From positions 1-48,993 of the forward strand of contig CAMVJF010000001.1 in the NCBI GenBank assembly GCA_947167725.1: DNA of 48,993 nt. Reading direction: 5' to 3'. Both the position numbers and the translations under genes were made by a program. The stretch is from an uncultured Clostridia bacterium. GTDB taxonomy: Bacteria; Bacillota; Clostridia; Oscillospirales; Oscillospiraceae. The notes under the pieces were generated by a model that did no database searches, was not told where the DNA came from, and saw nothing but the letters and a program-made list of their open reading frames with translations. Positions 25,127 through 32,053 of this stretch are shown here, one piece after another. Within the stretch, counting starts at the first letter, position 1; every line of letters starts with the position of its first letter.

Positions 25127-25317
25127 ACCAAGCAGAAGTAGACGCCAGAGCGCTGACGATCGCCGCCGCGATCATGGCAGCGGCCGGCCTCTGCCGGTAC
25201 GAGGCACCAGACAAGTGCAAACATCAGTACCCGAACAATGAAATTTGTGCAAAGTGCATAAAGGCATGGATCAAGAATAAGGCAAAGCAAGAACTCAGGA
25301 AGGAGGCGAGGACATGA
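25123..25317 (+). CDS. Hypothetical small protein
   Basis: RBS AAAGGGGCAGG upstream, 64 aa. Confidence 0.45.
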   Translation: MNQAEVDARALTIAAAIMAAAGLCRYEAPDKCKHQYPNNEICAKCIKAWIKNKAKQELRKEART

Positions 25318-25571
25318 GCACAAGACCGTGCAAGGCCTGCGGCGCGCAGATCATCTGGATCAAGACGCCGGCGGGCAAGGCGATCCCGTGCGACCTAAAC
25401 GCGGTGTATTATGCGCGCACGAGGTACAGCAACACCAGAGTGGTGCTGCCTAACGGCGAGGTTATTCTGGCCGAAATCGTGAGAGACTACGCTCACGCCG
25501 AGGGCTACGGCTATATTCCACATTGGAGCACCTGCACAAACCCGGACGCATTCAGAAGAAAGGGGCGGTAA
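25314..25571 (+). CDS. Hypothetical small protein with an N-terminal CxxC
   Basis: ATGA overlap with the upstream gene, 85 aa. Confidence 0.5.
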   Translation: MSTRPCKACGAQIIWIKTPAGKAIPCDLNAVYYARTRYSNTRVVLPNGEVILAEIVRDYAHAEGYGYIPHWSTCTNPDAFRRKGR

Positions 25572-25573
25572 AC

Positions 25574-26098
25574 ATGACAAGCAAAAAGGGCACGAGCCGG
25601 ATCAATCTGCAAAAGCTCGCCGGCGGCGCCTTCGCCGAAAAGCTCAACGAGGCGCTGCTGCAAGTGGCCGACAACATTCAGAACCCGAACACCGACGCCG
25701 TGGCAAAGCGTGAGATCACGATCAAGATCAAATTCGCGCCGAACAAGACGCGCCAGCTCGTCAACACCACCATTTCGGTGACGACCAAGCTCGCAGCGAC
25801 CGAGGCGATCGACACTCAAATGCTCATGGGTAAGGATCTGAAAACCGGCCGGTTGGAGATCGCAGAGTATGACGGGCAGACACCCGGACAAATGAGTCTA
25901 TTCGACGAACCAGAGGACGACGAGGATCTGATCGACGAGCTCGAACAGCTCCAGACCGACAAGCCTCTGGATCTCCGCGAACGCGGAAAGCAGCAGAAGG
26001 GCCCGGAGCAGCTGAAAACCGGCGGTCATACAGAGGACGACCGCGGAACGACCGGCGGTTTATTCGTATCAATCAATAACAGAGCCGCGCAAGGCTAA
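25574..26098 (+). CDS. Hypothetical protein
   Basis: ATG at 25574, 174 aa, acidic central segment. Confidence 0.5.
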   Translation: MTSKKGTSRINLQKLAGGAFAEKLNEALLQVADNIQNPNTDAVAKREITIKIKFAPNKTRQLVNTTISVTTKLAATEAIDTQMLMGKDLKTGRLEIAEYDGQTPGQMSLFDEPEDDEDLIDELEQLQTDKPLDLRERGKQQKGPEQLKTGGHTEDDRGTTGGLFVSINNRAAQG

Positions 26099-26113
26099 AA
26101 GGAGGACGAACAC

Positions 26114-26857
26114 ATGGAAGGTATCAAAGAGGCGATCGCGTACATCGCAGGACTGGCGGTCAAGGCAGAAAAGCCGGAGATCGTGGACATTAACGGCCGG
26201 ACATATTGCACGAAGGATCTCAGACGCTACGACGCGGAGCACATGGCAGAGCCGATCAAGGCGACCACGCTCACGTCGCTGGTGGACTACATCAAGGAAA
26301 GCCGCGACGAGCTCCGCGACCGCATGATCATTCAAGTGGTGAGTGCCACCGAGGTGCGGCTCTATTCCGGACTGCTGGCAGAACGTGAGCGCGAAACGCT
26401 GTTTGTCGTCAACGCGCTGCTGCCGCGCTTTGAATACGGCACAGAGTACGATCAAGAGACTTTTCTCGTCTCGCTCCAGAGCTGCTTCGCTCAGAGCGGC
26501 GAGCGTGAGGCCGTCGCCGTTCTGGCGTCCAACATCGTGAACACCAAGGCCGCCGAGTATTCAGACGACGGCACAACGCAGCAGGCGACGATCCGCACCG
26601 GCATTGTCACAAAGGGCGACGCGCTCGTGCCAAACCCGGTGACGCTCATTCCGTACCGCACATTTCTGGAAGTGGAGCAGCCGGCGAGCGACTTCATTTT
26701 CAGAATAAGCGAGGGGCGCAGCGGTGAGCCGCTTTTCAAGCTCGTGGCTGCTGACGGCGGGCTCTGGAAGGCGCAGGCCGTCCAGAACGTGAAAGCCTAC
26801 CTCGTGGAGCAGCTGGCAGACATTCCGGATCGCTCACAAATTACCATTATCGCATAA
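26114..26857 (+). CDS. Hypothetical protein
   Basis: RBS AAAGGAGGA upstream, 247 aa. Confidence 0.55.
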   Translation: MEGIKEAIAYIAGLAVKAEKPEIVDINGRTYCTKDLRRYDAEHMAEPIKATTLTSLVDYIKESRDELRDRMIIQVVSATEVRLYSGLLAERERETLFVVNALLPRFEYGTEYDQETFLVSLQSCFAQSGEREAVAVLASNIVNTKAAEYSDDGTTQQATIRTGIVTKGDALVPNPVTLIPYRTFLEVEQPASDFIFRISEGRSGEPLFKLVAADGGLWKAQAVQNVKAYLVEQLADIPDRSQITIIA

Positions 26858-26918
26858 TCAAAATAAAAACCGGGAGGGGGTGCAAATTCTCTCCCGGCAA
26901 TACGAAAGGAGCAGGCTC

Positions 26919-27557
26919 ATGGAATACAAGCCGAAAATCATCAACGGCAAGGCGCAGAACACCGGCTACCCGATCGACGGGCACGTTCTGACGCTCTCAC
27001 AATGGGACTATGACAACCACGCGAGCTGGCACCTCTACGGCTGGGAGCCGAGCGAGGACGAGGCCGTCATGGAGACAATGTACCGGGCGGAGCTGGACGC
27101 AGGCTTTAGAGCAGACGACACCCGCGAGGAATTTGTGGAGACGTGGAAGGCTGGAGAGTATGAACCGCCAGCCGCCTTCGCGCTGGAGCTCGATCAAGTC
27201 GAGGTGCTGGAGGTATTGCAGGAAGAAGAAGGCACAGCTCCGGCCGCAGGCATAAGACCGCGGGAGCTGCACGACAAGGGCGGGATCATGTGCCTGCCTC
27301 TGGATCAGAACCTCAACGGCGACACGCAGGCAAAGCACCCGGAGTGGACTCCGATCAGCTGCCCGCGCTGCGGCCGCAAATGCTGGAAACCGACAGAGGC
27401 AGACCGGATCCACAAGGCGCAGGGCGTCCGCTTCTTATGTACCGAGTGCGCGATCAAGGCGGGGCTGCTGGCGCCGTATAAGCCCGGAAGCAACCCGAAC
27501 CCGGCGGGAAACCGGGCGCAGAGAAGGAGGGCTAACCGTGAAAAGAGAAGAAAATAA
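26919..27557 (+). CDS. Hypothetical protein with a C-terminal zinc ribbon
   Basis: ATG at 26919 follows GAAAGGAG. CPRCGRKCW...CTEC. Confidence 0.5.
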   Translation: MEYKPKIINGKAQNTGYPIDGHVLTLSQWDYDNHASWHLYGWEPSEDEAVMETMYRAELDAGFRADDTREEFVETWKAGEYEPPAAFALELDQVEVLEVLQEEEGTAPAAGIRPRELHDKGGIMCLPLDQNLNGDTQAKHPEWTPISCPRCGRKCWKPTEADRIHKAQGVRFLCTECAIKAGLLAPYKPGSNPNPAGNRAQRRRANREKRRK

Positions 27558-28083
27558 CAGCGGCGTGGGCTTTTGGCTCGCTTTGTCGGTGATCGCTGCG
27601 GCGCTATGGGTGGCGCTGCTCGTCTCGAAAGCCGCCGGAGCTGTTCACATCAGCTGGCCGGCTGCGCTTCTGGCGCTGTTCTGGATCTCTGCCGCTGTTA
27701 TGCTCTCCGGGATCTTTGTTATCGTCGGAGGCGACAAGCTGGAGCGGCTTATGAAGCAAGCCAAAAAGCGCCGGCGCCAGCGCGAAATGATCCGCACGAT
27801 CAGCGAAACAATGAAGATCCTCACCATGAACGGTGTGGGCGGCGTTTACGGCGTCAAGAGAGAGCCCGGCGAGAGCAACCGGCACTTCCAGAAGCGGATC
27901 AACGCCGCAGCGTGCGAGCTCGACAACTCAGAGCGCCACAGACCTGCTCCGGCGACCGGCGCAAAGCTCGACCGGATCGCAGAAGCGCACGGGCTCGCTC
28001 GCGGAGCTGGAGAAACCGACGCGGAGCTGCAAGAACGGATCCGGCAGAGCGTATTCCGAAAACTGGAGGGGGCAGGCAAATGA
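27538..28083 (+). CDS. Membrane protein (2-3 TM segments) with a soluble C-terminal domain
   Basis: GTG start. TM segments GFWLALSVIAAALWVALLV and ALLALFWISAAVMLSGIFVIVGG. Confidence 0.5.
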   Translation: MKREENNSGVGFWLALSVIAAALWVALLVSKAAGAVHISWPAALLALFWISAAVMLSGIFVIVGGDKLERLMKQAKKRRRQREMIRTISETMKILTMNGVGGVYGVKREPGESNRHFQKRINAAACELDNSERHRPAPATGAKLDRIAEAHGLARGAGETDAELQERIRQSVFRKLEGAGK

Positions 28084-29417
28084 CAGACTATCAGACAGCG
28101 GCAGAGCCTCGCGCTCACGCCGACGGGGTGCCGGTATTCTTCGCCCACGACGAGATCGTGGAAGTGGAGAAGCTGATCCCGAACCCGAAGAACCCGAACA
28201 CACACCCGGACGCGCAGATCCAAGCGCTCGGCCGCATTATCCGGCAGACCGGCTGGCGGCAGCCGATCACAGTCAGCAGGCGCTCCGGCTTTATCGTGAA
28301 GGGGCACGGCAGACTCAGCGCCGCGCTGCTGGAGGGGCTGGCAGCTGCTCCGGTTGAGTATCAGAACTACACGAGCGAGGCCGAGGAGTACGCGGATCTG
28401 GTGGCAGACAACCGGATCGCGGAGCTGGCCGAAATCGACAACAAAATGCTGGCTGACATTTTCGCAGACATCGACACCGGCGAGATCCCTCTGGAGCTGA
28501 CCGGCTTCACCGAGGACGAGGTGGCGGGGCTGATCACGGCAATGAGTGAAGCGCTGCACAACGATCTCACAGAGCCAGATGAGGTGCCGGAAACACCGGA
28601 GCCGGACGACGTAATAAGCAAAAAGGGCGACCTCTGGATCCTCGGCAGACACCGCGTAGTATGCGGGGACTGCACAGACGAGAAAGCGCGGGAGCTGCTT
28701 TTGGACGGCGCAACACCGGAGATCCTGCTCACAGATCCACCGTACTGCTCCGGCGGCTTCCAAGAGTCAGGGCGCAGCTCCGGCAGTATAGGGACAAAGC
28801 GATACGGTGCAGACGGCAAAGAGATCCAAGTCACGATCGCAAACGATACGCTCAGCACGCGAGGTTATCAACAGCTTATGCGCGCGGTGCTGAAAAGTTT
28901 TGAAGGCACCGTCGTTTACGCCTTCACAGACTGGCGTATGTGGCTATATCTCTACGACGTCATGGAGGAGAGCGGCTTCGGCGTCAAAAATATGATCGTT
29001 TGGAACAAGAAAACGCCCGGCATGGGTATGGGCTGGAGAACGCAGCACGAGCTCGTCATGTTTGCGCACCGCACAAAGCCGCAATGGGACAACCACAAGG
29101 GCTACGGGAACGTGATCGAGGCCACCCGCTCCGGGAACGAGCTGCACCCGACGCAAAAGCCGGTCGAAATACTGGAGAAGCTGCTCGACAATACCGGCTG
29201 GGCTGAGGGCGTCCTCGATACCTTCGGAGGCTCCGGCACGACTCTGATCGCCGCCGAGAGCGTCGGACAGCCTGCCTACCTCATGGAAATGGAGCCCGCG
29301 TTTGTGGACGTGATCGTCAAGCGATACATAAGGACGACCGGCAGCAGCGCGATCCAGCTCGTGAGGGGGGGCGAAACCGTGCCGCGTGAGGAATACGAGG
29401 ACATTTTCAACGAATAA
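28080..29417 (+). CDS. ParB-like nuclease domain fused to an N4/N6 DNA methyltransferase
   Basis: The N-terminal ParB/Srx-like part has LIPNPKNPNTHPDAQIQAL...VKGHGRL. The C-terminal MTase part has LLTDPPY, LHPTQKP and LDTFGGSGTT. Confidence 0.85.
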   Translation: MTDYQTAAEPRAHADGVPVFFAHDEIVEVEKLIPNPKNPNTHPDAQIQALGRIIRQTGWRQPITVSRRSGFIVKGHGRLSAALLEGLAAAPVEYQNYTSEAEEYADLVADNRIAELAEIDNKMLADIFADIDTGEIPLELTGFTEDEVAGLITAMSEALHNDLTEPDEVPETPEPDDVISKKGDLWILGRHRVVCGDCTDEKARELLLDGATPEILLTDPPYCSGGFQESGRSSGSIGTKRYGADGKEIQVTIANDTLSTRGYQQLMRAVLKSFEGTVVYAFTDWRMWLYLYDVMEESGFGVKNMIVWNKKTPGMGMGWRTQHELVMFAHRTKPQWDNHKGYGNVIEATRSGNELHPTQKPVEILEKLLDNTGWAEGVLDTFGGSGTTLIAAESVGQPAYLMEMEPAFVDVIVKRYIRTTGSSAIQLVRGGETVPREEYEDIFNE

Positions 29418-29435
29418 GGCAAGGGGGTGGAGTCC

Positions 29436-29918
29436 ATGGCTCAACAGCAGCCAAAGGAAACCGACGCAATAAAGCACAAGCTGGAGAGCTTCGCGGCACT
29501 CCAGCGGAAAATCGACAATCAGATCGAGCGACTGGAGCAGCTGAAACAGACCATGGGCTCCCCGTCGTCTCCAAACCTCGGCAGCAGCGGAGGGGGCGGC
29601 TCTGACGGTGTGAGCAAGATCGAGCGGCAAGTCGAGAGGAAGGACGAGCTCGAAAGGAAGATCCGGGAGCTGATCAGCCGGGAGTCGGAGATCCGCACCG
29701 AGCTGGAGCAGCTGATCGAGCGGCTGCCAAAGCCGGACGAGCAGACCGTCCTCGAAATGCGATACCTCGACCGGCAGAACTGGTGGACAATCTGCGCCGC
29801 ACTCTACGGCGACCGGGAGGACTACCAGAGCAACGGCGAGAAGTATCTGAAAAAGGTTTTCAAAGTCCACGGCTCTGCGCTGCAATCGCTGGCCAAGATT
29901 TACAACACAATTATGTGA
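29436..29918 (+). CDS. Sigma-70 region-4-like / DUF1492-type phage late transcription regulator
   Basis: N-terminal coiled coil, then LPKPDEQTVLEMRYLDRQNWWTICAAL (HTH of sigma region-4 type). Last gene before the late-operon leader. Confidence 0.55.
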   Translation: MAQQQPKETDAIKHKLESFAALQRKIDNQIERLEQLKQTMGSPSSPNLGSSGGGGSDGVSKIERQVERKDELERKIRELISRESEIRTELEQLIERLPKPDEQTVLEMRYLDRQNWWTICAALYGDREDYQSNGEKYLKKVFKVHGSALQSLAKIYNTIM

Positions 29919-29950
29919 CCGACAATAATGTCGGCCGCAAAACGAGGCGG

Positions 29951-29980
29951 CGCCCTGCATAAATGCGGGGCGTTTTCTTT
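29951..29980 (+). terminator. Rho-independent terminator ending the early/middle operon
   Basis: CGCCCTGCA-taaa-TGCGGGGCG (9 bp including one G-U pair) followed by TTTTCTTT. Confidence 0.65.
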
Positions 29981-30006
29981 ATGCACTATGCACAAACAAA
30001 AACCGG

Positions 30007-30056
30007 GAGGGGGGGATAAAAAGGGAGTAACGGGGATAAAACGGGACAAAACGGGA
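30007..30056 (+). repeat. Five 10-bp-phased decamers ending in GGGA (TAAAAcGGGA type)
   Basis: GGGA at 30013, 30023, 30033, 30043 and 30053, exactly 10 nt apart. Four units read TAAAAAGGGA, GTAACGGGGA, TAAAACGGGA and CAAAACGGGA. The array abuts a -35 element. Confidence 0.7.
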
Positions 30057-30057
30057 G

Positions 30058-30086
30058 TTTACAAGCCCGATTTTGCGTGCTATGAT
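30058..30086 (+). promoter_or_regulatory. Candidate late promoter
   Basis: TTTACA (30058-30063), 17-nt spacer, TGcTATGAT (extended -10, TATGAT at 30081-30086). Confidence 0.5.
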
Positions 30087-30106
30087 TAAGCTGGACAACA
30101 AAACGC

Positions 30107-30140
30107 ACGACGGCCGATCAAAAGGCTGCCGGGCGTTTTT
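30107..30140 (+). terminator. Candidate terminator about 20-50 nt downstream of the late promoter
   Basis: CGACGGCC-gatcaaaa-GGCTGCCG (8 bp, one mismatch, one G-U pair) followed by GGCGTTTTTCT. Confidence 0.4.
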
Positions 30141-30457
30141 CTCCACATATACCCGTAGAAAATACGGGGAGGGGGCAAAAATTCGGAGAGCCCTCTCAAT
30201 ATGTTTTTTGTGAATAGCGTGTAAGGCGTCCAGCAAGCCAGCTGAGGCGCTTTTACTTTTAGGGTGTAAGTTTGTAGGGTGAACGCCGTCGGAGCGGCTG
30301 TGAGTGCGCGTGCGTGCTCTCAGAGGCAAAAAGGCGGGCGGCTACAAAATCGGCGCCAATTTTTCACACCCCCTATTTTCTGCATGAGGATCAAGCGGGG
30401 CAAAAGCACCCGCTCTGATCTTCGCGCATAAAGCAACAGCAAAAAGGAGCTGATCGC

Positions 30458-31129
30458 ATGGCAGGAAAAAAAGGCGGGGCATTCTCCGTAACAATGAAGG
30501 ACGGGGAAAAGCTCGCGCAGAAGATCGCAAAAATGAAAGAAGGGGGCGAAACAGCAATAAAGCGCACCGTCTCCGACTTCACATCAAGAGCGCCCGGCTG
30601 GATCTCGAAGGGGATCCGGCAGCATTATGGGGTAGACACCGCAGCGATCAAGGGAGCGGGGCCGACAGCAAAGAAGGGAGCAACCCATGTGCACGTCTCC
30701 GGCATAGCTGTGGACGCTGCCGCTCTGGAATACCGAGGCAGAACTCTGACGACGACACACTTCGGGCAATCTCCGAAGGCTGCGCCGAGCGGTAGGCAAT
30801 CAAAGAAAATAAGGGTACCCGGCCAAGCCGTGAAAACAGACGGGGGCTCTCCCGTGGCAATGATCAGCCCGCCGAAGAAGTACACCGTCAAGGCGACGAT
30901 CATCAAAGGCAACCGCGCGAGCTTTGCGCCGGGTACGTTTATTGCTTCATCAAACGGGGCGACGCTGCCATTCCAGAGAAAAGGAACAGCGCGGACTCCG
31001 GTTGACGCTGTTCGCACGCTCTCTGTTCCTCAGATGATCAGCGGCAAAGCAAAGGAAACGATCGAGCAACTGATCAGCGAGAACATAGAAAAGCGTTTTG
31101 AACATCACGTCCAGCAAGCAATGAAATGA
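30458..31129 (+). CDS. Lambda gpZ / HK97 gp10-like tail completion protein
   Basis: 223 aa with RBS AAAGGAG upstream. The C-terminal half GNRASFAPGTFIASSNGATLPFQRKGTARTPVDAVRTLSVPQMIS...IEKRFEHHVQQ is collinear with lambda gpZ (GNRRIPGAFIQQLKNGRWHVMQRV...PIDVVKIPM...). Confidence 0.5.
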   Translation: MAGKKGGAFSVTMKDGEKLAQKIAKMKEGGETAIKRTVSDFTSRAPGWISKGIRQHYGVDTAAIKGAGPTAKKGATHVHVSGIAVDAAALEYRGRTLTTTHFGQSPKAAPSGRQSKKIRVPGQAVKTDGGSPVAMISPPKKYTVKATIIKGNRASFAPGTFIASSNGATLPFQRKGTARTPVDAVRTLSVPQMISGKAKETIEQLISENIEKRFEHHVQQAMK

Positions 31130-31163
31130 TTTTGCTTTTCTCTGTTCTCTTTTCAATTCACTT

Positions 31164-31285
31164 TTGAACAGCTCCGAAACATTCAACTTTTAAGCGCTTG
31201 AAATGTTGAAAAGCTGTGCAATTCTCTTTGAAATCTCGCGAAAATCTTTTGAAATTCATTTGAATTTAATCAAAACGATTTGAAA
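31164..31285 (+). repeat. Seven copies of a TTGAA(A/T) motif in an AT-rich island (candidate cosB / terminase or bending-protein sites)
   Basis: TTGAA begins at 31164, 31199, 31207, 31229, 31250, 31260 and 31280. Intervals are roughly 35, 8, 22, 21, 10 and 20 nt, and the last four are close to multiples of a helical turn. Confidence 0.5.
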
Positions 31286-31480
31286 AACCAACGAAAACGC
31301 CGAAAAACAGGCTTTTCCAAATGTTGACGAGCTCGCGACGATCTCGCGAAATTTTGCCGGAAGGTACTGTGGGGGCTCAGAAAAGCCCTGCGGTGCTCGC
31401 GAGCCCAATTCTTTGCCAGACACGAAAAAAATTTTTTGAGGCGTTTCGTTTCGTTTGGAGGCCGGAAAGGAGGGGCGCCC

Positions 31481-32053
31481 GTGGCTGATACTAAGCAGAA
31501 TTTACAGTCCAGCGAGACGATCGCAAAGCTGTTCGGCGTCACTCCGCGGCGAGTGCAGCAGCTCGCACAGGATAACATTATACCCGCAGCAAAAAAGCGC
31601 CCGTATATGTTCGACCAGCTGCCGACGATCCAGACATATATCAGGTATCTGAGCGATAAAGTCGCCGGCAAGGAGCAGAAACCGGCAGACACCGCCAGAG
31701 CCGAGGCCGACAAAGTGCGAGCCGAGGCAGATCTGAAACAAGCGAAGGCGAAGATCGCAGAAATGCAGCTCAAAGAGCTGGAGGGCACTATGCACCGGAG
31801 CGAGGACGTGGCCGCCGTAATGGACGACCTTGTTTTTACGATCCGCGGCATGATCGTGGCGCTGCCGGGACGTCTGGCAATGGACGTATCACGGGCAAGC
31901 ACCGCCGCCGAGGCGTCGGCTATTATCCGCGCCGAGTGTAACAAAGTGCTGAACGAGCTCGCGAACTACAAGTACGATCCCGAAGAATACCAACGGCGGG
32001 TGAGGGATCGCGAAGGCTGGAGCGAGGCCTTCGCAGATGAAACAGACGAGTAA
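31481..32053 (+). CDS. Terminase small subunit (lambda Nu1-like)
   Basis: GTG at 31481 follows GGAAAGGAGGGG. N-terminal HTH ETIAKLFGVTPRRVQQLAQDNIIP, then a coiled coil. Overlaps the TerL start. Confidence 0.7.
   Translation: MADTKQNLQSSETIAKLFGVTPRRVQQLAQDNIIPAAKKRPYMFDQLPTIQTYIRYLSDKVAGKEQKPADTARAEADKVRAEADLKQAKAKIAEMQLKELEGTMHRSEDVAAVMDDLVFTIRGMIVALPGRLAMDVSRASTAAEASAIIRAECNKVLNELANYKYDPEEYQRRVRDREGWSEAFADETDE

Noticed and set aside
26865-26880. A 16-mer, AAAAACCGGGAGGGGG, shared between 26865-26880 and 29998-30013 at the start of the phased decamer array.
   Set aside because: The expected number of chance 16-mer repeats is about 0.5, so this is not significant alone. At 26870-26896 the sequence forms a local hairpin (CCGGGAG...CTCCCGG) after a gene end, which is a different context. 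It is noted only as a possible second binding site for the late regulator.
29979-30329. A 116-aa minus-strand ORF (and another at 30342-30557) inside the non-coding late leader.
   Set aside because: It has no RBS. Its composition is Arg/Ser/Pro-rich, typical of a non-coding frame. It runs antisense through the terminator, the decamer array and the promoter elements.
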